Of a stretch of 64,000 nucleotides of DNA, positions 30,256-38,483 are shown one piece after another (position 1 is the stretch's first letter; each line of letters begins with the position of its first letter). The stretch lies in NCBI GenBank assembly GCA_964617195.1, contig CAZTVK010000015.1:2317-66316 (forward strand), in the 5' to 3' direction. The notes beneath the pieces were generated by a model, which was given only the letters and a program-made list of their open reading frames with translations, did not search any database and was not told the origin of the DNA. Origin of the DNA: an uncultured Methanosarcinales archaeon (GTDB taxonomy: Archaea; Nanobdellota; Nanobdellia; Woesearchaeales; ARS49). Position numbers and translations under genes: made by a program.

Positions 30256-31140
30256 TCAGTCGCCCAAAGCCTTCCAATACTCAGAAACAGGAACGTATTC
30301 AACCCAAGACTTGTCAATCTTCTGCTGACCGCCATAAAGAACCATGACGTCAAAGTAAGTATCCCTGAAGTCCACAGCTTGCGTACCCTCAACCTCAATC
30401 TTAATAGGAACTTGGTAACGCCTGTCAATCCTCAAAATAACACGCTTGCCATCAAGCATGTAATGCAAAGAAGGCTGGACAGTCTTTGAGTTTCCACCAA
30501 TACTAATAGTTTGAATGTTGTTTTCCACAAGAATAGGCTCCAGTTCAGAAAATTCTTTCAAATACTCTAAAGGACCTTTAGGAACCCATTTTTCATAAGG
30601 CACTGAAATCTCCTTGTCAATGTAGTCCTTGCACCTGCTTCTCTCGTACTCAAATGAATCATCCAAAATACGACCTTCCCGCTCGAGATTACAATAGGCG
30701 ACGGCCTCTTTTTTATCATGATCAACAAAAACATCAGTAATCGGAGTACGATCATCCAATTGAGACATCTTCAAAAACAAATGCCTGGACTTATTGCCAT
30801 AAACAATAACCATCCTGTCATCAAGCACAAAAGCATAACCTGTAAACTTAGTCTGAGCATCAGCCAGCAATTTCTTCGCGACAGGCATGGCCTCTGGAGC
30901 AGATTCAACGACAACCTTCGCAGGAGGCAAATCTTCAACAGAAGGCATGGTTTCAGCTTCCACAGGAGTTTCTTCCTTCACAGGACACTTGTCAACAGAA
31001 TCAGCAGTACTGCCATCCCAGCACTGAACGACAATCTTCTCAACACTCTTTTCTTCTGTTTTATTCTCAATTCCCGGCTGGACGTACGGCTGAGAAACAC
31101 ACGCTGCCAACAACAACAGAACCAAAAACCACTTTCTCAT
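30256..31140 (-). CDS. Putative lipoprotein (paralog of 29363-30214)
   Basis: Start 31140 MRKWFLVLLLLAAC; same motifs as neighbour. The longer ORF call runs into tRNA-Tyr. Confidence 0.8.
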   Translation of the reverse strand: MRKWFLVLLLLAACVSQPYVQPGIENKTEEKSVEKIVVQCWDGSTADSVDKCPVKEETPVEAETMPSVEDLPPAKVVVESAPEAMPVAKKLLADAQTKFTGYAFVLDDRMVIVYGNKSRHLFLKMSQLDDRTPITDVFVDHDKKEAVAYCNLEREGRILDDSFEYERSRCKDYIDKEISVPYEKWVPKGPLEYLKEFSELEPILVENNIQTISIGGNSKTVQPSLHYMLDGKRVILRIDRRYQVPIKIEVEGTQAVDFRDTYFDVMVLYGGQQKIDKSWVEYVPVSEYWKALGD

Positions 31141-31187
31141 TAAACTGCTGAGAAAGTTTGGAGAATAAAAAGATATCGGTGATAAAG

Positions 31188-31218
31188 AAAAAAAACTGCA
31201 GGGCTCTTGACCCTGCAG
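31188..31218 (-). terminator. Hairpin plus T-tract downstream of tRNA-Tyr
   Basis: CTGCAGGG-7 nt-CCCTGCAG followed on the minus strand by T8. Confidence 0.55.
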
Positions 31219-31222
31219 AGAA

Positions 31223-31351
31223 TCCCCGCGGCCGGATTTGAACCAGCAACCTTTCGGGCTCAACGTGCTGACCCACTATCATCCTGAGTTAATACTCCGT
31301 CTGTGGGCGACTACTCTACAGCCGAATGCTCTGCCGTTGAGCTACGCGAGG
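31223..31351 (-). tRNA. tRNA-Tyr(GUA) with a 57-nt intron at 37/38 (31259-31315)
   Basis: C1-G72 and A73 Tyr identity; TTCGG-CTGTAG...C-CCGAA anticodon arm; GCTGG-TTCAAAT-CCGGC T arm; relaxed BHB. Confidence 0.9.
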
Positions 31352-31426
31352 GTTATTATGAGAACTAGAAGAACTGTTTTTAAAACTGTCGGAAATTTAA
31401 AAACCATAATTCAATACTTCAAATCA

Positions 31427-31510
31427 TCGATGAACAAAGTTCGTCGAGTGTGCTCAGCAATCGAAGATTGCTGACATTCCGAGCACGTCAGAAATCTATG
31501 ATTTCCGACG
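31427..31510. repeat. Cluster of three short hairpins, two with a GAGYRYG leader (REP-like)
   Basis: TCGATGAAC-aaa-GTTCGTCGA; gagtgtgc-TCAGCAATC-gaa-GATTGCTGA-cattcc; gagcacg-TCAGAAATC-tat-GATTTCCGA-cg. Confidence 0.7.
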
Positions 31511-31511
31511 C

Positions 31512-32960
31512 TTACTCTCGATGCCTGATCTCAGGCTTGTTAGAAACAACCTCGCGCTCATTACCTTCAATGAAAAAGCGCACGGCAGCCACAGGCAAAG
31601 TCATCCCGCCAATAACCTGCAACCTCGTCCTCATCTTATACATCAAAATCCTGTGCTCTTTAGGCTCCATCATCTCAATATCCCATCTAACCAATGTGCC
31701 AGTATTCTCGTGAGGAACAATCTTAGACGGAGCAAGAATAGTCTCCTTGAACTCTTTTTCAACATCAGCAAGCTTTGGCGCCAAGTCCATAATGCGGACA
31801 TTTCGGACAATCTTACTGCTCCTATTCACCAACTCAATAACGACCTTCAACTCAGTAATCCCGCCCTCATGACTGCTGACAACAGAAGCTCTCTTTTGAA
31901 CAGCAATCGGACTCCTGAACAAATAATACGCAACGACAATAACTACTGCGATTAACACAAGCCAGAACAACGGACGATAATCATACGTAATCGAAATCTG
32001 CGCACTGGAACCTGCCTTCAAAGGAACTTCCCATGACAAAGCGCCCTCTTCACTGCGCGGCTCGGGAACAGCAGAAATAAACCACTTCTTAGCAAACCAA
32101 GCAGGAACCTTGTACACGTGCGCCAAAGGCTTGTTTCCCTTATTGTACAAAGTAACAGTCTCCAAACTCTTCAAGAATAAAGACTTCCTCTCAACAGAAG
32201 GCACCACAGCACCATAATCTATAACTTCAAAATGCGCAGGAAACAAATCAAACTGGTAAACTTTCTCTTTTTCCGGCACGACAATAGAAATCTGCAAAGC
32301 ATCCTTTCCAGGAGGAGTGAGAACGTCAATCTCGGCAAGGAAAGTCAAAGTCTTCTTCTCCAACGGGCCAAGAGAAGTTGTATAATCCTTGTTGACAACA
32401 CCGCTTCTGACCTTCACGTTCACATTTTCCAGAATACGCATGTTCTGATTTTCCAAAGACAACTTGATAGTCATCCCTTTTCTCGGATCAACCTCTTCAT
32501 CAACAGTCGCCACGCCCCTAATCGCAGGCAGATAAGTGGCGTCCTCAGGGAAAGGAGACTCAACAGAAATATACAATGCAACCTTTTTCTGATCACTTGA
32601 GCCTGTGCGCTTGAAAACAACAGGCAAGTTATACGAGCCAGGATTCAAATTCAACGGGTGCACTGACAAATTAGCCTTCAATTTCTCTCCAGGAAGAACA
32701 ATCAATATCTTTTCAGGACGCACATCCCAAGTCACGTCATTCGAAAAAACTTCAAATATCTCTTCAACAGAAGAATCATGCTCTAATTCTAACTCGAAAA
32801 TAGCAGTCTCGTTTGACTTTATAGTGCGTTCGTTCGGAAAAATAGAAATGTTAAAGTCAACAGCACTAACAGAAAACGCTAACAAGCACAACACTACAAC
32901 AAACAGCAACCGCCTCATTTTCACTACAGAAGAGGCGTTAGTATTTATAAATCTTATCAA
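31512..32960 (-). CDS. Membrane-anchored surface protein with Ig-like beta domains
   Basis: Signal peptide (probable start MRRLLFVV), beta-rich domains, TM PLFWLVLIAVVIVVAYYLF, C-terminal beta domain. Confidence 0.75.
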   Translation of the reverse strand: MIRFINTNASSVVKMRRLLFVVVLCLLAFSVSAVDFNISIFPNERTIKSNETAIFELELEHDSSVEEIFEVFSNDVTWDVRPEKILIVLPGEKLKANLSVHPLNLNPGSYNLPVVFKRTGSSDQKKVALYISVESPFPEDATYLPAIRGVATVDEEVDPRKGMTIKLSLENQNMRILENVNVKVRSGVVNKDYTTSLGPLEKKTLTFLAEIDVLTPPGKDALQISIVVPEKEKVYQFDLFPAHFEVIDYGAVVPSVERKSLFLKSLETVTLYNKGNKPLAHVYKVPAWFAKKWFISAVPEPRSEEGALSWEVPLKAGSSAQISITYDYRPLFWLVLIAVVIVVAYYLFRSPIAVQKRASVVSSHEGGITELKVVIELVNRSSKIVRNVRIMDLAPKLADVEKEFKETILAPSKIVPHENTGTLVRWDIEMMEPKEHRILMYKMRTRLQVIGGMTLPVAAVRFFIEGNEREVVSNKPEIRHRE

Positions 32961-32987
32961 AAAGAAAAAATGAGAAAAAAAATAAAA

Positions 32988-33650
32988 TTAAAGCTTTTTC
33001 TTAAGCTTGACAATAATACTCTTAGCTTCAGACTGCATGGCAAGACCAAAACCAATGCCGAACATCAAAGCCAAACCAAGCATAATGCCTGAAAGTATTA
33101 TCAAAACGCTGTTGGCAGCAAGCTCGATCTTAACACCAATCTGGTCCAGCACGATTATTGCTGTGAAGATGTAGATGACAATCCTTGCAGCAGAAGCCAG
33201 AACATCAGCAGCCTTTGCCCTAGTCTCCTCAATCTTCATGCCAACATAATCAGCAGACATGATACCAACCAAGCCAAGAATCACGCCAAGAATCACCTGA
33301 GGAATCCACAATGCGATATCCAACAAGAAATTCTGAACTGAACCCAAGTTGATGACATTAGCAGCAGCCGGCAAGAACAATATGAACACGTACCATTTCG
33401 TGATAATCTCCAAGAAATGGCTCAAGCGGAAATCGCCAACAATACGAGACAGGTTAGTCCTGTGCAACACCCATTGGTCAAACTTAGCACGGCTCAACAA
33501 GCCTCCAACAACCCTGCCTAGAACCCATGCGACGATATAACCAATAATCAATATCAAGATCGCCGCGACAACGCCAGGAACAGCGTCTATAAAACCATAC
33601 GCGAGCCTCAAGAACGGACTCGTGACTTCTTCTAATAATGCCATACACAT
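32988..33650 (-). CDS. Integral membrane protein, MscS-associated TM-helix (CmpX-like) family
   Basis: Two P.V..A.....G TM-helix repeats, LDQIGV, GLALMFGIGFGL; GAGGTGA SD. Confidence 0.75.
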   Translation of the reverse strand: MCMALLEEVTSPFLRLAYGFIDAVPGVVAAILILIIGYIVAWVLGRVVGGLLSRAKFDQWVLHRTNLSRIVGDFRLSHFLEIITKWYVFILFLPAAANVINLGSVQNFLLDIALWIPQVILGVILGLVGIMSADYVGMKIEETRAKAADVLASAARIVIYIFTAIIVLDQIGVKIELAANSVLIILSGIMLGLALMFGIGFGLAMQSEAKSIIVKLKKKL

Positions 33651-33748
33651 TCACCTCTTTTTTTAATGGATTTTATGGATTACCGACTAAGGCGGTATGA
33701 ATGAAAAATAAGAAATAGAAAAAAAATAAATTAAAAAAAAAGGCGCTC

Positions 33749-36484
33749 TTAAACAGAGCTAACCGTTATGTCTGCAAGCGTTGTGCCCGAGACCTTTGCT
33801 TCCATGCCAGATGCGCTCTTGATTGCACCGGTTGCAACTGCACGTGCACCTTGTCTGGTGTTCAATGCAGTTCTACCGTTGATCAACAATGCAACGTTGC
33901 CGTTCGTGTGCGTGAACAACTTAACCATTGCTTCGTTCTGACCAACTGACTCGTAACATGGGTCTGGGTTGCCTAATAGAGATGCTGCAACTGGGTTTGC
34001 ACATGGACCACCTACAACAACTGCGTTGTACATAGCCACATCGCTTACTTCACTTGCAAGCTTGGCTGCACCAATTGCGATTGGCTGAACCTTCTCTATA
34101 CCGCCAGCTGAAACAGCTGTCGTTGAAACAACACCGCCAGTTATGAAGACACGAGCTCCTCTCTCTGAGAGCGGGTACTCGATTGTCAAGTCCTCTGCTT
34201 CATCGTCGCCCTGTGGGTCGAACAATTCGAAGAAAGTACCGTATCCTGACAATGCCTGCTCTATGTCGTCGTTTTCTTCAAGGTCAAACAGACCGAAGAA
34301 GAATCCCGCGCCAGTTCCAGGTGATTGGTTTGTAACAGCTGCGATACCGATCTCGCTGGTTAGTCTTGCAGTGATGTTGATGCTGATGTTTTCATCAAAT
34401 ACTGCTTCATCAAACTCCTTTGCAAGAGTCGTCAGGCTGACGTTGTTCCAAGTGTTCGCTGTTGCACCAGTTGAACAATCCCACGGGGTTGGAGGCACAG
34501 AGTGCTCAACACCAGCTGGGAAGCCTATACCAACGTCAATATCTAACTGTTCTCCCAAGTCGATCAAGCCTTCTCCTTGGATGCCGATGATGGCCTCTTC
34601 ACAGTTGACGATGTCTCCGTCGCCGTTCAAGTCAATCAACAAGTCGAACGGTGCTGTTTCAAGAACGCCTGTGTTCTCGACACCGGCTCTGTACGTGATA
34701 CCGCCAACAACGAGTTCTGCAATGAACGTTGTGCCGTCGTAGGTGGTTTCACGAGTACCAGTACCGAGGTCGGTAAAGGTAATCTGCCTGTTGGTAGAGT
34801 CAACGCTGTCGTACCTGATTACGTGTGAGAAACACGTGTCATCAGATGTACTATAGTTGCAGTTGCTCAAGACGAAAAAGTCGTCATCGCTGATGTAGGC
34901 TTGTGCACCTGTTAGAGTGGCTGCACTTGTGAAGGGTACACAACTTGTACCACAATCACCGACGCCACCGCCTACGAACTCTGTGAACCAGAGGTCGTCA
35001 TCGTCGTCACCAAACTTGAACGAAAGTGTTGCATTAGCTAAAGCTACAGTGTTTCCAGCTTCGTTGCTGTGCACTGGGAAATCAAAGAAGATTCCCTCTT
35101 GGTTGGTAAACTCAAGGTCGTACTCGTCGTCACCAGCTGCGTCAATTCTGACTAGTGTGACACCAGTGTCCATCAGACCTTCGTATCTGATGTCCCAGTT
35201 TGGAGTCAACATTCCTTCTGGCTCGTCCAACTGCTCTCTTGTGCCGGTTCCTGGTGGAATAAACATGTCACCGAGAACTGCATCAGCAGTCAAGTTGTAC
35301 TTCAAGTTCTGGATTTCAAACTCTGAACCAGTCAAGCTGTCAACTCTTGGCGCGGCCTTGGTGAACTGAGCTCTGATGAGAACAGCTGAGTCCTCAATCG
35401 TTTCCTCGTTCACTTGCGTACCTGCAGTGTTGAAAATTTGGTCAGCTGTGTTGTCGTCTCTGAACTCAACCTTGTACGCACCCAAGTAGAACTGGACAAT
35501 GGACTTTTGAATGTCCTTACCAGTTGCTAGGATGTCACGGATACCGATCTGGGTACCGTCTGCAAGAACGTCTGTTTCACCGTCTTCGAGCTCGTCAGTG
35601 ATTTCTCCGTTGATTCGGAACTTCACTGAACCCTCTCCCTGGTTTGACGTCTCTGAAATAACGAGAACTTCAACCTCGTATTCCTTGCCGTCAACAACAT
35701 AAGTTTCCTTGTCGTTCTCGCCGAGGACAGCTGAGACTGCACCACCGATAAACTCAATGGTCAAGTCTGGGCTACCGCCTGAGATAATTGTGCCGAAAAC
35801 GTTTGACTTGTTGGTAACATCTGTGTCAACAATAACGAAAGGCTGACCCAAAATGGTGATGTCTTCGTCTTCCAAATCAACAAGGTCGTCAATCTCAATT
35901 TCTGATTCAAGGCCTTCTTCAAATTCCAATTCCCATTGGAACATGACTTCGCCATCGTTGAAAAACAAGTAATGGCCTACACGGTCTCTTTCGTCTTCTG
36001 CGAAAGTAACTGTCGAGTGAGGAATAACTACCTCTGATGGTGTTGGGAATCTCAAGTATTGGTTGAATTCCGTGCTACCTTCATCAGTGACTATCTGACC
36101 GCCTTTCAGCATGTCCAAGTCAACTTCTGTAAAAGTTTCACGAACGTCACCGATTGGCTCGTTGATTTCGAGCAAGTCTGACGTTGAACCAACTTCTACA
36201 GCGTCACCTTCAATCACGAGTTGCGAAGGCGCACCTGGAGCAGATGTCTTAATAACTGCTTGGGACTGCAAACTCTGAATGACGTCCACTGCGCCAATCA
36301 CGTCTGAACCGTCCGCTTGATCGCCGACAATAATTGCCAAGTTCGAGGCAGGCGTACCGTTAACTACAAACGGCGCTGGCCAGTCTGACAATTTTGCTGC
36401 TGATGCTCCGAAGATCGTTGCACCGACCATCGTTAAACCCATTCCTAAAGCCACCATCTTTTTTATTGCTTGTATTGCTTTCAT
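33749..36484 (-). CDS. S-layer protein
   Basis: N-terminal LSDWPAPFV..G...IIVG......DVIGA; C-terminal VVVGGPCANPVA; very acidic; GGAGGTG SD; distinct C-ending codon usage. Confidence 0.85.
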   Translation of the reverse strand: MKAIQAIKKMVALGMGLTMVGATIFGASAAKLSDWPAPFVVNGTPASNLAIIVGDQADGSDVIGAVDVIQSLQSQAVIKTSAPGAPSQLVIEGDAVEVGSTSDLLEINEPIGDVRETFTEVDLDMLKGGQIVTDEGSTEFNQYLRFPTPSEVVIPHSTVTFAEDERDRVGHYLFFNDGEVMFQWELEFEEGLESEIEIDDLVDLEDEDITILGQPFVIVDTDVTNKSNVFGTIISGGSPDLTIEFIGGAVSAVLGENDKETYVVDGKEYEVEVLVISETSNQGEGSVKFRINGEITDELEDGETDVLADGTQIGIRDILATGKDIQKSIVQFYLGAYKVEFRDDNTADQIFNTAGTQVNEETIEDSAVLIRAQFTKAAPRVDSLTGSEFEIQNLKYNLTADAVLGDMFIPPGTGTREQLDEPEGMLTPNWDIRYEGLMDTGVTLVRIDAAGDDEYDLEFTNQEGIFFDFPVHSNEAGNTVALANATLSFKFGDDDDDLWFTEFVGGGVGDCGTSCVPFTSAATLTGAQAYISDDDFFVLSNCNYSTSDDTCFSHVIRYDSVDSTNRQITFTDLGTGTRETTYDGTTFIAELVVGGITYRAGVENTGVLETAPFDLLIDLNGDGDIVNCEEAIIGIQGEGLIDLGEQLDIDVGIGFPAGVEHSVPPTPWDCSTGATANTWNNVSLTTLAKEFDEAVFDENISINITARLTSEIGIAAVTNQSPGTGAGFFFGLFDLEENDDIEQALSGYGTFFELFDPQGDDEAEDLTIEYPLSERGARVFITGGVVSTTAVSAGGIEKVQPIAIGAAKLASEVSDVAMYNAVVVGGPCANPVAASLLGNPDPCYESVGQNEAMVKLFTHTNGNVALLINGRTALNTRQGARAVATGAIKSASGMEAKVSGTTLADITVSSV

Positions 36485-36827
36485 CTAATAAACACCTCCG
36501 TGTTTTTGGCTATTATCTTTACTATCTTTACTTGGTAATAATGGTAAAGACTGTGATGCAGAAACTAGTGAACTGTATTTAAAACTTTTGGAAAGACTAT
36601 TTTTGTAATCTATATTTTGCATTGTATGTTTCCTCTTTTTACTTTCTGATGATTGTCGACTACTCAACGATGCGACTACCTAGCTAACTTGTCATAAAAC
36701 CGCAGGAAGTTTATAAACTTTTCGCACTTACTAGCCGTACTTTTTCACCCATAAAACGTACTTGTTTCATGAGCGTTATCGACGATAAGCGCTGGAACAA
36801 CCAACGTACAACTGGTTATAAATACAG

Positions 36828-37373
36828 TCAGATAATAGCAAACCTAGTACTAGAACACATGACCATCATGCGCAAATCCGGGCTGGATTGCTTCATTCTC
36901 TCATAAACAGAGACGTCCTGCGCACTAGCCAAGCACTGATTAATAGGATGGCCATGCAAGTCAATCAAAGTCTCAATAGGACACGGCACACTAACAACAT
37001 GAATGACATTTGCCCTGATTATCTCAGGAAACTCAACTCTACTAATAATATAGGAAGAATCTTCCTTGCTACCAAACAAACACGCCTTAATCTCCCTATT
37101 CTCATTAGTGATGAACTCGTTTTGCAGTTGAACAAGCGTGTTGCCTTCAAAAATTACGGTTGCGCTAGGAAAATACAATGCACTATCAGTTACCCGCTCA
37201 CTATGAATAATACCGGAAAGAGCATCATAGAACGAAAGAGAAACGACAAGCATTAAAAGAAAAAAACCAATCACGATAAGAAGAGGTCTTCTCCAAGGAG
37301 ATTCAGGTATCGGCTGCTCTAGTTCTTCGGGGTCGATGCCCTCGAAAACAGGATTATGTTGCCCATTGCCCAT
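36828..37373 (-). CDS. Membrane-anchored JAB/MPN+ (JAMM) metalloprotease-like protein
   Basis: TM at residues ~31-49; candidate catalytic E in NREIKACL; exact H-x-H-x7-S-x2-D motif (HGHPINQCLASAQD). Confidence 0.72.
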   Translation of the reverse strand: MGNGQHNPVFEGIDPEELEQPIPESPWRRPLLIVIGFFLLMLVVSLSFYDALSGIIHSERVTDSALYFPSATVIFEGNTLVQLQNEFITNENREIKACLFGSKEDSSYIISRVEFPEIIRANVIHVVSVPCPIETLIDLHGHPINQCLASAQDVSVYERMKQSSPDLRMMVMCSSTRFAII

Positions 37374-37728
37374 AACGCTCAGGCAGATCTTCAGGAATCA
37401 CACAACAATACTTGCCAGGATTAGTCTCATCAGCAACACACGGGTACGGGCTCGTCAAGGCTTCCGCACCATACGAGCAATCCCACTTGTCCTTATTAGA
37501 ATACAAGAACTGTTGAGCACGGTCCATATACAACTGCCTCTCAAATGCATGACCCATCACGTTAGGCTGCTGATAAATCTTCTTGATAGCACCACCATAA
37601 ATCTTAGGACCACGAGAACTGCCCAATGAAAGATAAGCATTACCAGTCAATGAGTCATTCAAAACAACAGCAAACACAGAAACAACAACAACCAACAAAA
37701 TACCAATCAATGCAATACGTTCTGACAT
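37354..37728 (-). CDS. Small membrane-anchored protein, YGGA(I/V)(K/R) family
   Basis: N-terminal TM, LTG, YGGAIK at residue 44, C-terminal Cys; GAGG SD; 20-nt overlap with the JAMM gene. Confidence 0.75.
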   Translation of the reverse strand: MSERIALIGILLVVVVSVFAVVLNDSLTGNAYLSLGSSRGPKIYGGAIKKIYQQPNVMGHAFERQLYMDRAQQFLYSNKDKWDCSYGAEALTSPYPCVADETNPGKYCCVIPEDLPERYGQWAT

Positions 37729-37784
37729 AGTCTTCGCCTCTTTTCAACATTGAAATAATCTTCTTGTATTTAAATGATGTGAAA

Positions 37785-37829
37785 TGCGGCGGGAAGGCAG
37801 CGCCGAACTCACGTTCGGCTGGTCTTCCC
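37785..37829 (-). repeat. Duplicate of the tRNA-Leu 3' end carrying a hairpin
   Basis: 37785-37797 is identical to 37845-37857 (tgcggcgggaagg); 37791-37829 folds as a long stem with a GTGA loop on the minus strand. Confidence 0.7.
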
Positions 37830-37844
37830 TTGTATTAAAATAAG

Positions 37845-37960
37845 TGCGGCGGGAAGGATTCGAACCTTCGAAGGCACTAAGCCACCAGAGTCTAAATTTG
37901 ACCGAATGCTAAATACGCTCTAGCACTCACTGGTCCGTTAGACCACTTCGGTACCGCCGC
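37845..37960 (-). tRNA. tRNA-Leu(UAG) with a 32-nt intron at 30/31 (37898-37929)
   Basis: Acceptor GCGGCGG/CCGCCGC, A73, long variable arm. GACC/GGTC central helix with AG^T and AA^A bulges; splicing restores CCAGA-TTTAGAC-TCTGG. Confidence 0.92.
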
Positions 37961-38010
37961 GTGAATAAATAAAAGAAATCACCCAATATATAATAGTATT
38001 TGCTCAAGAA

Positions 38011-38196
38011 TTACTTTCGCTTTCTGCTGTTCTTCCAATTATAAGTTCTCATCTTGGAACTATTGCCATAACCGCAGCTTGAACAAATCGATTTCTTGAT
38101 GTGGAAACTACTTCGACCACAGCGCCTGCACGGAATATGCGATTTTCCGCGAGAACGCTTTCCCTGAGAACCTGTACCGCCGTAACCTTTGCTCAT
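38011..38196 (-). CDS. rpl37e: 50S ribosomal protein eL37
   Basis: [14 protein letters not shown]...CSSCGYG motif. Confidence 0.96.
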   Translation of the reverse strand: MSKGYGGTGSQGKRSRGKSHIPCRRCGRSSFHIKKSICSSCGYGNSSKMRTYNWKNSRKRK

Positions 38197-38200
38197 TTTA

Positions 38201-38422
38201 TTATGCCGGACTAATCAAAACTATTGTGTCACCACGAATAAACGCAGTGCCGAGCTTACGCTTTACTTCGCCGTCTGCCCTTTCCTCTGTCTCATCGAGA
38301 ACCACGTTAATATGAATGTCAAACGCTCTCAAAGTACCAACATACTGTTTATTATTCTTACACTCAACAATAACTTTCTTATCGCGAGCGCGATTCAATG
38401 CATCAAGCGGTCTTGCTTCCAT
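38201..38422 (-). CDS. Sm-like archaeal protein (SmAP/Lsm)
   Basis: [27 protein letters not shown]; conserved adjacency to rpl37e. Confidence 0.95.
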   Translation of the reverse strand: MEARPLDALNRARDKKVIVECKNNKQYVGTLRAFDIHINVVLDETEERADGEVKRKLGTAFIRGDTIVLISPA

Positions 38423-38483
38423 GATTTAACACCCCGTAGTTGTTAAGTTGAAAATCCAATAGAGTGATATTTAAATGTTTTGG

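Noticed and set aside
31427..31510. Possible mini-CRISPR array
   Set aside because: Units are non-identical hairpins without spacer-length unique sequence, and no cas genes are present.
33690..33745. A-rich tracts here and at 32960-32987 and 56325-56348
   Set aside because: Ordinary minus-strand oligo-T terminator-like tracts; not a repeat family.
37785..37857. Integrated provirus or island at tRNA-Leu
   Set aside because: The direct repeats are only 60 bp apart and no integrase is in the window; at most a scar.
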